This document shows positions 50,501 to 59,581 of a stretch of DNA of 64,000 nucleotides, one piece after another (position 1 is the first letter of the stretch; every line of letters begins with the position of its first letter). Origin of the DNA: a virus. The notes beneath the pieces were generated by a model, which saw only the letters and a list, made by a program, of their open reading frames with translations, did no database searches and was not told where the DNA came from. The position numbers and the translations under genes were made by a program. The stretch lies in the IMG/VR virus record IMGVR_UViG_3300043446_003177, positions 64,001 through 128,000 of that record; one strand, written 5' to 3'.

Positions 50501-51945
50501 GTATTAATACAGATTTAAATTCTGCAGTTGGTGGTGGTGTTACGGTTTCTAGTGTAGACTTAGCAAGTGTATATCAGGATGGATTGCATTTCAAAGTCAA
50601 TCACAGAAATCATGGAATGCATTCAAAAACTAACGATGTAATTATTAGTGGAGTAGATCCAACAACAAAACCAGCAAAATTAAATGCCGATTTAGGGGAT
50701 ACTTCAGAAAACATTGTTTTAGTTGATGCAAGTGGATTCTCTACGTTTGAAAATGTTGGAATTGCAACTACAAATAGAGGATATTTATTAATTGAGGATG
50801 AAATTATTTCTTATAGTGGAGTATCTGGAAATACTTTAACAGGTGTTACTAGAGGAATTGATAATACAAAAGTGTTCACTTATGCAAAGGGAACTGATGT
50901 TTATAAGTATGAAACTCGCGGAATTTCTCTAAGGAGAATTAACAAAACACATACTTTACAGGATGCAACAGTACCAGAGGCAATTGGATTAGATTATTAT
51001 TGGTTAAGATTGAATATGGATGGAGTTGATATTGGCGAAACAGATGAAATCCCCGATAGAAATACTTCCGCAAGTTTCCCTAAACTTTACATTAATGAAA
51101 CTAAAACTTCTGGAGGGTCTGATGTATATGCAACCCAAAATATACAATTTGACATGTTACATCCTCAAGTTCAAACTTTAGTTCTACCAGGAACAAAGAT
51201 AGATTCTACTGCAAGAACAGTTAGTGGTACGAGTGTGAACAATAATGCAGAAATTTCATTCTTAGATAAGGGATTTGAATCTGTATCACTAAATGCGGAT
51301 AACTTCTTATCTTCACCAAGATTAATTTGTTCTCAAATTAATGAAAAGAATAAGTTATCTGCTCTACCTATTAACAAATCTTTTGAATTGTCTTTAGTTC
51401 TATCTTCAACTAAATCAACTGTATCCCCAGTTATAGACTTACATAGACTTGGAATTATTTTATCATCAAACAGAGTGAATAGAGTTATTACAAATTATAT
51501 TTCGGACAACAGAACATCAACTCTAGATGGGGATCCAACAGCGTTTACATATGCAACTGCACCAATAACTCTAGAACTTGCAGCAACTTCGATTAAATGC
51601 TTATTTACAGCGTATGTAAATAATGATGCAGAAATCAGAGCACTTTATTCTGTAGGGAAAAATGCTAAAGATTTACAAATTTATAATTTATTCCCTGGAT
51701 ATGATAACTTGGATGTGAATGGTGATATTATCAATCCAAACAGAAATAGTGGTCTTCCCAATAAGAAGGTTCAAAAATCAACAGAATTTTCTGGAGATAG
51801 TAACAAGTTAACATTTAGAGAATATGAATTTTCTATAGATAAACTTCCACCATTTAGATATTATAGCATTAAATTGTTAGGGACTTCTACAAATTCTGCC
51901 CATCCACCTATTATAAGAGACTTTAGAATAATCGCATTAGCTTAA
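44518..51945 (+). CDS. VrlC-like large virion structural protein (DUF4815-type)
   Basis: NVTPYFDD, PGYPVQARELTTLQSILQNQ, APGADR, DPLAQSF. Confidence 0.85.
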   Translation: MPQETNLNVTPYFDDYLARNGGKQNNYYKVLFKPGYPVQARELTTLQSILQNQIEQFGNHIFKEGSVVIPGQVNYLPKFPAVEVEAEFLGIPLRTYAQSLIGKEIVGDDSDVRAKVIAVRDVENSPRRYFTLYVTYTRTGVNGASVFANNETLLLPSGLVKGALVIQPNQGFAITASQRATSVGTAVAVSEGVYFVRGTFVDVDNQLILLDPYSNKPNYKVGFDVIEEIITVDDDPKLADNARGFNNYAAPGADRFKISLILTKKDLDEEKNESFVQLLEIRDGKIYGVTKRTNYSLIRDELARRTFDESGDYYVKPFDVVTRESLDDLKGNNGIFKEGRLTYEDNKPSDDLGVYQISPGKAYVKGYEIETISPTFLDFPKPRKTRTLRDQSINYLTGPALRLNNVNSAPDIGIATSYTLSLRNTRVGVNSEVGAGKEIGLSRVYDFALESGSYDTSLPDTNQWDISLFDTKLYTELRLNTEVTLSSPLHILGKASGANGFLRFDVSNSGIITAYDTKGTFIAGEELIFNGIESNGITTSVLQYKLSDVKSLYGVSGINTFTADAKQEVTRNFGQVTISAATGGISTVTSSKVTFPTKIEIDDLVSYTNPGFSVPSYAKVTNVYKSALTIEAITSVSGVCTGGLPTSQITPSDFSLINTKLLSSPDNTLFTKLPKNFVSSVNLSESNLTIRKQFTVSISANKTAPIIAGENETFLPFDEERYVLVRSNGNVEALSADKLVFANGSKQLEILGLASGTDTGAKLIATLRKINVKSKLKLRRKVTSVVIDKSSLPQSGIGQSTLNDGLTYGTFPYGTRVQDKEICLQYPDIVQLHGVYESTSTTSPVLTRIRFSAFDGPSAKSSDLIVGEEWVGARSSSIGLNVGRIDDETIEVIRTNRRTPLVGERIKFKESGVTAIVEEVNIGDPNITSHYVLDNGQEDTIYDYGKIVRRSQFAAPTRKIRIVFESAYYSDSDDGDITTAASYSRYEYDEIPFSDRRIKCSDLLDIRPRVQVYTPTAGSRSPFEFLGRSFVSGSNNSSKNILVSDESILLTYSHYLSRIDRIYLSKDGEFTIVRGTPAEFPKEPLPLNDALEVAKVTLPPYLSNANDAQIKLVSHKRYRMTDIAKLDDRISNLEYYTTLSLLESQTQNLFVPDSNGLNRFKSGFFVDNFSTANPQAKTAIPRNAIDVKKSELRPATYTTQLDLILGSKSLVGIGSSADPTVDSRFVSDIIGSNIRKTGQLITLNYSDARYLRQPYATRAINVTPYAVTTYEGTIELEPSSDIWIDTTRIEANTITIDTFTPALGILKEVIPGFDPQTGFGPTTWNAWNTVWTGSTTTRNGWIQTTVDTGTSTRTGTRLEVTPVTTTQSLGDKLVDSDVITNMRSRNIEVTGNRFKPFTQLYAFFDGTDVNAFVFPKLIEIKMIKGTFRVGETVTGDDKTRTNGAEIPKIKFRVANANHKYGAYNKPEDIYDVNPYTRANSLPANYSSTSTILNVDTYHLTEGVKDGFDGYIAKGMRLKGGTSGAVAEVTNVRLVTDDVGTIIASFFIPDPNIRTNPKFKTGIRTFRFTNSSTNSTVSGILVTSGEEQYFAQGTLNTVQETIQSTRSPRFQTKTLTEQKAATRTTVVDLTPPPPPRRHDPLAQSFYVDEPSGIFVTKIDLYFQSKDPTGKLPLIFQLRTMSLGVPTEEVYPFSELIVLPKYIKTSQDGSVATTLTFPSPVYLKGEKEHAIVMLSDSNEYQVWCSRIGEIDITTQSGPESRQVVVTKQPDLGSLFKSQNGSTWDPSQYEDLKYTLYRAEFANTQTGTVNFFNPNLTTRNKKIAKLPTNPIQFFSKKIRVSLASSINDPNLQIGNTIFQTASNATANYVGSAGSASGTLGITNSGIGYTPSDGSSFTYNNISLVTVTGSGKNATANITIGANATTNGIAIAATVVNGGTGYVTGDVLTVNSLGVDGLGENLRLTVRNTSGGNQLILDNVQGDFITGAGSTIRFVTSAGINTDLNSAVGGGVTVSSVDLASVYQDGLHFKVNHRNHGMHSKTNDVIISGVDPTTKPAKLNADLGDTSENIVLVDASGFSTFENVGIATTNRGYLLIEDEIISYSGVSGNTLTGVTRGIDNTKVFTYAKGTDVYKYETRGISLRRINKTHTLQDATVPEAIGLDYYWLRLNMDGVDIGETDEIPDRNTSASFPKLYINETKTSGGSDVYATQNIQFDMLHPQVQTLVLPGTKIDSTARTVSGTSVNNNAEISFLDKGFESVSLNADNFLSSPRLICSQINEKNKLSALPINKSFELSLVLSSTKSTVSPVIDLHRLGIILSSNRVNRVITNYISDNRTSTLDGDPTAFTYATAPITLELAATSIKCLFTAYVNNDAEIRALYSVGKNAKDLQIYNLFPGYDNLDVNGDIINPNRNSGLPNKKVQKSTEFSGDSNKLTFREYEFSIDKLPPFRYYSIKLLGTSTNSAHPPIIRDFRIIALA

Positions 51946-51946
51946 A

Positions 51947-52165
51947 ATGAAACATTACAAAGTAGAAGGGTATTCAAATTTACTAAGAGATACTGATGTT
52001 GGTGCTATAGTCAATACTAATGATATTGAATATGAACAATATCTCGCAACTAGATCATTAAAAGAAATTGAATCTGAAAAAATTAATTCACTAGAAAATG
52101 AAGTGAAAGATATTAAAAATGATCTTGGTGAAATTAAAAATTTACTTAGGAGTTTGATTAAATGA
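51947..52165 (+). CDS. small coiled-coil conserved protein
   Basis: KVEGYSNLLRD...GAIVN. Confidence 0.75.
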   Translation: MKHYKVEGYSNLLRDTDVGAIVNTNDIEYEQYLATRSLKEIESEKINSLENEVKDIKNDLGEIKNLLRSLIK

Positions 52166-52329
52166 ACCCATCAGATATTGAACTAGAAAATTTTAGCAAG
52201 TCTTTTGAATATGAAAAATTATCTAGAGACATAGATAGTATTGAAGATATTGCGATTCTTAGAAATTTAGCAAAATCTTACATTAAATTATACTTTAAAC
52301 AACAAGAAGTAGTAGCAAGTTTCCGATAA
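52162..52329 (+). CDS. 55-aa helical protein, possibly NblA-like
   Basis: hand translation MNPSDIELENFSKSFEYEKLSRDID...KLYFKQQEVV; AGGAG RBS; coupled on both sides. Confidence 0.6.
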   Translation: MNPSDIELENFSKSFEYEKLSRDIDSIEDIAILRNLAKSYIKLYFKQQEVVASFR

Positions 52330-53171
52330 TGTCCCAACCATCTACTAGACAACAACTTATTGATTATTGCAAAAGAAAACTGGGAGCTCCAGTTTTAGAA
52401 ATCAATGTCGCTGACGAGCAAATTGATGATTTAGTAGATGATGCTATACAGTTTTTCCAAGAAAGACACTTTGATGGTGTTGGTCAAGTATTTTTAAAAT
52501 ATCAAATTACTCAGAATGATATCGATAGAGGTAGAGCACCGAGAAATGGAAATGTTGGTGTAGCAACAACATCTGCTTCGGCGGTTATAGGTGGATCTAC
52601 AACCAACTTTAATTTCTCCGAAAACGGTAATTTTTTACAGATACCTCCTGATATTATTGGAATTAATAAAGTAATGCAATTTGATGGTACTAATAGAGTA
52701 TCTTCTGGGATGTTTAGTATTAAATATCAATTATTTTTGAACGATATTTACTATTGGGGATCTACAGAGATTTTAACATATTCCATGGTAAAAAGATACC
52801 TTGAAGATTTAGATTGGTTATTGACTAACCAAAAGCAAATTAGATTTAATAAAAGAATGGACCGACTCTATATGGATATAGATTGGTCAGCAGTTAATGT
52901 TGGCGACTATGTAATCATCGACTGTTATAGAGTATTAAATCCTAATGAATATCCTAGAGTCTGGAATGATTCATTCCTAAAACCATATTTGACTGCATTA
53001 ATTAAAAAGCAATGGGGGCAAAACTTAATCAAATTCCAAGGAGTTAAACTTCCTGGGGGTGTTGAGTTAAACGGAAGACAAATATATGATGATGCTACAA
53101 GAGAATTAGAGGAAATAATGAATAAGATGTCCAATACATACGAATTACCACCTTTCGATATGATAGGTTAA
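52329..53171 (+). CDS. gp13: neck protein
   Basis: LGAPVLEINV, KQWGQNL.KF.G..LPGGV..NG. Confidence 0.93.
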   Translation: MSQPSTRQQLIDYCKRKLGAPVLEINVADEQIDDLVDDAIQFFQERHFDGVGQVFLKYQITQNDIDRGRAPRNGNVGVATTSASAVIGGSTTNFNFSENGNFLQIPPDIIGINKVMQFDGTNRVSSGMFSIKYQLFLNDIYYWGSTEILTYSMVKRYLEDLDWLLTNQKQIRFNKRMDRLYMDIDWSAVNVGDYVIIDCYRVLNPNEYPRVWNDSFLKPYLTALIKKQWGQNLIKFQGVKLPGGVELNGRQIYDDATRELEEIMNKMSNTYELPPFDMIG

Positions 53172-53175
53172 TCAT

Positions 53176-54573
53176 ATGCTTAATCCATTTTTTCTCCAAG
53201 GATCAAAAGGTGAGCAAAATCTTATACAAGATTTGATTAATGAACAAATTCAAATGTATGGAATTGAAGTTCATTACCTACCAAGAAGATTTTTGACCAC
53301 AAAGACTGTTATAAGAGAAGTAATAGAATCTACTTTTAGAGATGCTTATCCAATTGAAGCATATATTGAAAATTATGAAGGGTATGGTGGACAAGGAACT
53401 ATCCTTTCAAAATTTGGAATACAAGATCTAGATGATCTTACATTAGTAATTTCTAAAGAAAGATATGACTCTTACATCTACCCTTTAATACAATATCAGA
53501 ACATACCAGATACTGAACTAATTTCAAGACCTAAAGAAGGAGATTTAATTTATTTTCCTTTGGGTGATAGATTGTTTGAAATTAAATTTGTAGAGCATGA
53601 ACAACCTTTTTATCAACTAGGAAAAAATTATGTTTATGTTCTAAAATGCGAACTATTCAGAGCTTCAAATGAAGAAGTTGATACCAACATCGATTACATT
53701 GATGATAATGTAAAAGAAGACGGTTATATTCAATCTTTGACTTTGGCTGGTTCTGGAGTAACAGCAACTGCATATACTGGATTGGTAAATGGTGCGGTTT
53801 ATGGAGTAACTATTCTGAATAGAGGATCGGGATATGAATCACAACCAACAATTGTTTTTGAAAAATCTCCAGTTTCTGGGGGAACTGCAACTGGAACTGC
53901 AAATATGATTTCTGGGTTAGTTGATTGTAACGGAACAACATCCAAAAAAATTCAATCTATTATTATTACAAATCCGGGATTTGGATATACAGTAGCGCCA
54001 AAAGTAATTGCTCTGGGCGGCGGACCTGATGCATCTGGATTTATAGCAACTTGTTCTATTGGTGATGGAGTAGTAGGAGTAGTAACAATCACCAATGGTG
54101 GAACAGGATATCTAGTATCTTCTCCACCTGCCGTTGCATTTAGCACTGCACCTTACGGTGGTATAACAGCAACAGGAATTACCTCAGTAAGTACTGCTTC
54201 TACTATTTCTAATATATCAATGGCGAATCGTGGGGTTGGTTACATAACTACTCCAACAGTAACTATTGGAAACCCAGTTCTCATTGGATCAGGATCTTAT
54301 ATATTCAATGAGTATGTAATTGGAGGGATTAGTAGTACAACTGCAAGAGTATCTTCTTGGAATGGGGTAACGAGAATACTACAAATTTCAAAACCAGATG
54401 GAGAATTTATAGACGGAGAAACTTTAACAGGACAAGAATCTGGAGCTGTTTATAAAATATCTTACAAATCGGAATTTGATATTACTGATAAATACGCAAC
54501 AAATGATGAGATTGAAGTTGAATCCGATAATATCGTTGATTTCACTGAACGAAATCCTTTTGGTATGCCCTAA
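53176..54573 (+). CDS. gp14: neck protein with internal repeat insertion
   Basis: RPKEGDLIYFP...FEIKFVEHEQPFYQLG; C-terminal DFTERNPFG. Confidence 0.92.
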   Translation: MLNPFFLQGSKGEQNLIQDLINEQIQMYGIEVHYLPRRFLTTKTVIREVIESTFRDAYPIEAYIENYEGYGGQGTILSKFGIQDLDDLTLVISKERYDSYIYPLIQYQNIPDTELISRPKEGDLIYFPLGDRLFEIKFVEHEQPFYQLGKNYVYVLKCELFRASNEEVDTNIDYIDDNVKEDGYIQSLTLAGSGVTATAYTGLVNGAVYGVTILNRGSGYESQPTIVFEKSPVSGGTATGTANMISGLVDCNGTTSKKIQSIIITNPGFGYTVAPKVIALGGGPDASGFIATCSIGDGVVGVVTITNGGTGYLVSSPPAVAFSTAPYGGITATGITSVSTASTISNISMANRGVGYITTPTVTIGNPVLIGSGSYIFNEYVIGGISSTTARVSSWNGVTRILQISKPDGEFIDGETLTGQESGAVYKISYKSEFDITDKYATNDEIEVESDNIVDFTERNPFGMP

Positions 54574-54575
54574 AG

Positions 54576-54583
54576 GATAAATA
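54576..54583 (+). promoter_or_regulatory. T4-type late promoter
   Basis: GATAAATA before gp15. Confidence 0.6.
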
Positions 54584-54610
54584 GTAAATAAGAAATATTG
54601 ATCTCCCATC

Positions 54611-55618
54611 ATGTTTGAGTATTTTTATCACGAAATTTTTAGGCGAACCATTATAGGGTTTGGAACTTTATTTAATAATATAACAATTAAAAAAACTGAT
54701 GATAATGGAAATGTGGTTTCTGAAACTAAAGTTCCTTTAGCTTATGGTCCCACCCAAAAGTTTCTGGCTAGATTAGAACAATCTCCCAATCTAAACAAAC
54801 CAGTTCAAATAACACTCCCAAGAATGTCTTTTGAATTTGTTGGGTTGAATTATGATACTACTAGAAAATTAACTCAAACACAAACTTTTTTAACTTCTTT
54901 AGCTTCAGATAATACTCAACCAAGAAAAGCATATCTACCAGTTCCATATAACATGGACTTTGAGTTGAGTATAATGACTACATTGAATGATGATATGCTC
55001 CAAATTGTAGAGCAAATTTTACCATACTTTCAACCATCATACAATTTAACAATTACTCTAGCTGGAGACATTGGAGAAAAAAGAGATATTCCGATTGTAT
55101 TCAATAATATAACGATGCAAGATGATTATGAAGGAAATTTTGATACTAGAAGGGCATTAATTTATACGCTAAGATTTACGGCAAAAACATATCTATTTGG
55201 CCCTATCGCATCTGCAGGAATTTCAAACGAAATTATCAAAAAAGTTTCTGTTGGATTTGTCGAGGGTGGAAAAACAACTTCACCAAGAAGAGACCTTACA
55301 TATACAGTTGAACCTCAAGCTACAAAAAATTATACTGGAAATGCAATTACCTTATTAACAGATAATGTTGAGCTAGAAACAAAGACATTCTCTGTTGCAG
55401 ATGCTTCCAGTCTAATTAAAAATACGGTTATTACAATAGATGATGAGACCATGAAGGTTTTATCAAAAACTGGAAATTCTATTACAGTAGAAAGAGGACT
55501 ATATGATACCAAAATCACTGAGCATGTATCTGGAACGAATCTTTATACAATAACAGAATCTGATAATGCACTAATTGAATTTGGGGATGATTTTGGATTT
55601 AATGGATTATTCACATGA
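54611..55618 (+). CDS. gp15: tail sheath stabiliser / tail completion protein
   Basis: FGTLFNNI, VPLAYGP, LPRMSF, QILPYFQP. Confidence 0.93.
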   Translation: MFEYFYHEIFRRTIIGFGTLFNNITIKKTDDNGNVVSETKVPLAYGPTQKFLARLEQSPNLNKPVQITLPRMSFEFVGLNYDTTRKLTQTQTFLTSLASDNTQPRKAYLPVPYNMDFELSIMTTLNDDMLQIVEQILPYFQPSYNLTITLAGDIGEKRDIPIVFNNITMQDDYEGNFDTRRALIYTLRFTAKTYLFGPIASAGISNEIIKKVSVGFVEGGKTTSPRRDLTYTVEPQATKNYTGNAITLLTDNVELETKTFSVADASSLIKNTVITIDDETMKVLSKTGNSITVERGLYDTKITEHVSGTNLYTITESDNALIEFGDDFGFNGLFT

Positions 55619-56052
55619 AACTAATGAGCAAAAATTTTGATGAACTAAATGAGACGTTTAACGTCGAGAGTTCTATTGTCGAAACAGAAAAAGATGACTC
55701 CGCAATAAAACCTATTGAAGAAAATAGTAAAGTTGATGATATTCAAAAGGATTATGAATATACTAGAGGAAATTTATATTCTTTAATTGAAAAAGGACAA
55801 GAAGCTATAAATGGAATTTTAGAACTTGCTCAAGAAAGTGAAATGCCCAGAGCTTATGAAGTTGCTGGGCAATTAATAAAAAGTGTTGCTGATGCAACAG
55901 ATAAATTAATGGACTTACAAAAGAAGTTAAAAGATATTGATGAAAGTAAATCCTCCAGAGGACCAACTACAGTAAATAATGCTCTTTTTGTAGGATCTAC
56001 TGCGGATTTAGCAAAATTTTTAAAACAACAATCGCAAAATGAAAACGTTTAA
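55615..56052 (+). CDS. gp16: terminase small subunit
   Basis: DYEYTRGNL, PRAYEVAGQL, NNALFVGST. Confidence 0.92.
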   Translation: MKLMSKNFDELNETFNVESSIVETEKDDSAIKPIEENSKVDDIQKDYEYTRGNLYSLIEKGQEAINGILELAQESEMPRAYEVAGQLIKSVADATDKLMDLQKKLKDIDESKSSRGPTTVNNALFVGSTADLAKFLKQQSQNENV

Positions 56053-56194
56053 AGAATTTCAAGAAGAGTGGAGCAATAAATATAAGAAGAGTATTAATTG
56101 CTCAAATCCTAAAGGATTTTCTCAACGCGCCCATTGTGCCGGTAGAAAGAAAAGAGCAAAAGGTGAACAGACTAAATCAAAACCAGTTGAATAA
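56039..56194 (+). CDS. 51-aa basic protein with T4 capsid-targeting-like N-terminus
   Basis: hand translation MKTFKEFQEEWSNKYKKSINCSNPKGFSQRAHCAGRKK; TAATG coupling. Confidence 0.75.
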   Translation: MKTFKEFQEEWSNKYKKSINCSNPKGFSQRAHCAGRKKRAKGEQTKSKPVE

Positions 56195-57930
56195 TGCCCA
56201 AGATAAAGTCCCATAAAACAGTTGAACAAATTGCAAAGAAGCATCGCCTTGATGTTTCTTTCATACAGAAGCAACTTGATATGGGAGAACCCATTGAACA
56301 TGAGCATACAAAAGATCATGAATTAGCGATGGATATTGCTCTTCAACATCTTGATGAAATTCCAGATTATTATACTCGATTAAAAAAAATGGAGGCATCC
56401 GCCAAAAAAGAACATAAAAAATTTAAAGATGTTACTGAAGAGGGTCTTCGTGATTGGTTTGGAAAATCAAAATCAAAAGATGGAAAAGCGGGTTGGGTAA
56501 ACGTTGTAACTGGCGGAACATGCGCTAGTGATGAACCTGGAGAAGGAGTTCCAAAATGTGTCTCTTCTTCAAAAAGAGCGAGTATGACTCCAGCAGAAAG
56601 ACGTTCTGCATCAAGAAGAAAAAAAGCGGCAGATTCTGGACAACAAGAAAAATCTGGTGCTGCAAAACCAACCTATGTTTCTACAGATTCACCTAAAAAG
56701 AAAATGAAAGAAGAAATGGAAGTACAAGAAGAAAAAGATAAACCAAGTAAAGGTAGTGGTAAAAAAGATGCTTGCTATCATAAGGTAAAGGCAAGATATG
56801 ATGTTTGGCCTAGTGCATATGCATCTGGTGCATTGGTCAAATGTCGCAAAAAAGGTGCTGCAAATTGGGGTACAAAATCCGAAGCGGTAGAAGAAGAAAG
56901 ATTTTGTCCATTATGCGATAAAAGGGAAAAAAGATCAGAATGTTCTTATGGGGAAGAAGCTTGGGATAAAGTATCAATTAAAGATCATGAATATTCTATG
57001 GCTAGATCAGAAATAAAGAACATTATTGATGCTGCTAAAAGACTTGAAAAGAAAGTAGCAAAAGGTGAAGGATCTCTGGAAGCTTGGGTACAATCAAAAA
57101 TTACTAAGGCTGCAGACTACATTGATACTGCTGCAGATTATGTTGCAAGTGGAGAAATGGAAGAAGCATGTTGGACTGGATATAAGCAAGTGGGGATGAA
57201 AAAGAAAGGAAAAAAAATTGTTCCTAATTGTGTTCCAGCATCCGAAGAAAAACTAGTAGATAAAATTGTAAACGAAATTATTTCTGAAAAGCAAAATTCA
57301 AGTACAATTGAAGATGCAAATGGAAACAGTTTTGTTGAAGTAGTTAACTTGATTGAACCGGAACCAATCAAAGGATTTAAATCACAAATTGAAGAGGCAA
57401 CACGTTTGCAGTCACAAACTGGAAATATAGTTGCAGTAACTATATCTTGGAGAGGAAAATATTATGCAATGCGTATGTTTTTCCCTCAGGCAAAAGTTCC
57501 ATCAAGAAAAGAAATTAATGATGAGATTAAAAAAGTATATCCAAATTCTATAGTTGTTGCTCACTCAGTTTCCGAGTTTACTCCAGGACAACCCTTAATC
57601 CAAACTGGAGTTCAGGGTGGAAGTTACGGAAATCCAGGTCCAAGCAAAAATTATGTAAAAACAATGGGTGAAGACTGGCAGTCAGTCAATCGCAAAGATA
57701 AAACTGATGGTCTCAGTCAAAAAGCTGTAAATGCTTATCGTCGTGAGAATCCAGGTTCAAAACTTCAAACTGCAGTAACAGAAAAGAACCCAACAGGTAA
57801 AAGAGCATCTCGTCGCAAATCATTCTGCTCAAGGATGAGTGGTATGAAAAAAAGATTAACTTCCGCAAAAACTGCAAACGATCCAGATTCCAGAATCAAC
57901 AAAGCCCTTCGTCGTTGGAACTGCAACTAA
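56194..57930 (+). CDS. modular basic protein (DUF5661-like N-terminus, DUF6321-like C-terminus); probable head-internal polyprotein
   Basis: short basic Cys-containing modules separated by acidic ...xEE linkers. Confidence 0.75.
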   Translation: MPKIKSHKTVEQIAKKHRLDVSFIQKQLDMGEPIEHEHTKDHELAMDIALQHLDEIPDYYTRLKKMEASAKKEHKKFKDVTEEGLRDWFGKSKSKDGKAGWVNVVTGGTCASDEPGEGVPKCVSSSKRASMTPAERRSASRRKKAADSGQQEKSGAAKPTYVSTDSPKKKMKEEMEVQEEKDKPSKGSGKKDACYHKVKARYDVWPSAYASGALVKCRKKGAANWGTKSEAVEEERFCPLCDKREKRSECSYGEEAWDKVSIKDHEYSMARSEIKNIIDAAKRLEKKVAKGEGSLEAWVQSKITKAADYIDTAADYVASGEMEEACWTGYKQVGMKKKGKKIVPNCVPASEEKLVDKIVNEIISEKQNSSTIEDANGNSFVEVVNLIEPEPIKGFKSQIEEATRLQSQTGNIVAVTISWRGKYYAMRMFFPQAKVPSRKEINDEIKKVYPNSIVVAHSVSEFTPGQPLIQTGVQGGSYGNPGPSKNYVKTMGEDWQSVNRKDKTDGLSQKAVNAYRRENPGSKLQTAVTEKNPTGKRASRRKSFCSRMSGMKKRLTSAKTANDPDSRINKALRRWNCN

Positions 57931-58247
57931 TGAAATCATTCAATCAATTTCTATCAGAAGCTGTAAACATTGCCGGAGATTTTAACGGCAATCTATACAT
58001 TAATAGTTCTGAAATGCAATCAGAACAGGTTAAAGAATCTTTTTTTGCTGATGTTGTATGGGAAGGGAGACTTTATCGCCTTGAAGTTGAAGGTAGCATG
58101 ATGAATAAAACAGAACTAGCTGAACAACTTCAAGATCAATATCCAGGGGTAATTGTTCACAATATTTACCCACAACAACCATCAAGTTCATTAAAAATTA
58201 AAAATACGCAAAGATACCAACCAGAAAGATTGACTTGGAGTGACTAA
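57930..58247 (+). CDS. protein with capsid-targeting-like N-terminus
   Basis: MKSFNQFLSEA; TAATG coupling. Confidence 0.75.
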   Translation: MKSFNQFLSEAVNIAGDFNGNLYINSSEMQSEQVKESFFADVVWEGRLYRLEVEGSMMNKTELAEQLQDQYPGVIVHNIYPQQPSSSLKIKNTQRYQPERLTWSD

Positions 58248-58249
58248 TT

Positions 58250-59581
58250 ATGGCTATTTGGAATAAAAATGATCAAGATTATCTAAATCAAGAACGATCT
58301 TTATTTGAAATTTTTGGTGTTGCAACTAGAGACGGAAAAATTGTAGATAAATTTAACAGATTTCCAGTTGATGTTCTTCCAGCAAATGCAGATGCCTTTG
58401 GAAGAACTAGGGTATCAAATCCTCTCACACTTTTTGACTCTTCGCACAGATATAGAGACAATAATCTGTGGACAAATTTGATTGTAGGCACTGGTTCTAC
58501 TGTTGGATTTGTGACTACACAGGGATTAATTAATATTGGTATTGGAACTACTGCTGGTTGTTCTGTGATTAGAGAAACTACAAAGGTGTTTTCTTATCAA
58601 CCAGGAAAGTCATTATTGATAATGAACACCTTTGTTCCTGAGACACCAAAAGCAAATCTAACACAAAGAGTTGGATATTTTGGTGCAGATAATGGTATCT
58701 ACTTTGAGATTGCTGGAATTGGAAGCACTTCAATCAGTTTTGTAGAAAGAAGTTTATCTATAGGAACAGAAACAAGAGTCCCACAAACAGAATGGAATAT
58801 TGATAAATTAGATGGAACTGGTGTTTCTGGAATTACTCTAGACCCATCTAAAGCACAAATTCTGTGGACTGATATTGAATGGTTAGGACTTGGAACCGTT
58901 AGAGTTGGATTTGTGATTGATGGTATATTCATTCACTGCCATTCTTTCCATCACGCAAATAAAATTCAGTCAACATATATGACTACTGCGTGTTTGCCTT
59001 TGAGGTATGAGATTGCAAATACTGGAATAACCACAAGTACAAGCACACTCAAACAAGTTTGTTCTACAGTGATTTCAGAAGGTGGTTATGAACTTCGTGG
59101 ATTGCAACAAGGTGTGGGAACTACTATCACATCTCCAGTAACTCTCGCAACAGCTGGAACCTATTATCCTATTATTTCATTAAGACTAAAAACATCCCCA
59201 AATAGATTAGATGCTATTGTAATTTTGACTGCTCTTTCCATTATGGGCATTACGAATAATGTTCATTATAACTGGAGAGTGCTTGCAAGTGCAGATACTA
59301 CTGGTGGTGGAACTTGGGTCAGTGCTGGGGTTGATAGTTCCGTTGAATATAAGATTGATGGTGGAAGTGTGACTGGAGGTAGAATATTAGCAGAGGGATA
59401 CAGTAGTGCATCTAATCAGGCAGTAACCGCAGTTGATATTCTCAAAGAAGCATTATTCAAATTCCAGTTAGAAAGAGATGGATTAACTGGAACTCCATAT
59501 GAATTAACAGTTGTTGCTTCTGCTAGTTTAGCAAATGCTAGTATTCACGCTTCAATGGATTGGGAAGAAGTTAGTAGGTAA
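58250..59581 (+). CDS. putative virion structural protein
   Basis: DAFGRTRVSNP, YQPGKS, EWLGLGTVRVGF; GIGT repeats. Confidence 0.7.
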   Translation: MAIWNKNDQDYLNQERSLFEIFGVATRDGKIVDKFNRFPVDVLPANADAFGRTRVSNPLTLFDSSHRYRDNNLWTNLIVGTGSTVGFVTTQGLINIGIGTTAGCSVIRETTKVFSYQPGKSLLIMNTFVPETPKANLTQRVGYFGADNGIYFEIAGIGSTSISFVERSLSIGTETRVPQTEWNIDKLDGTGVSGITLDPSKAQILWTDIEWLGLGTVRVGFVIDGIFIHCHSFHHANKIQSTYMTTACLPLRYEIANTGITTSTSTLKQVCSTVISEGGYELRGLQQGVGTTITSPVTLATAGTYYPIISLRLKTSPNRLDAIVILTALSIMGITNNVHYNWRVLASADTTGGGTWVSAGVDSSVEYKIDGGSVTGGRILAEGYSSASNQAVTAVDILKEALFKFQLERDGLTGTPYELTVVASASLANASIHASMDWEEVSR

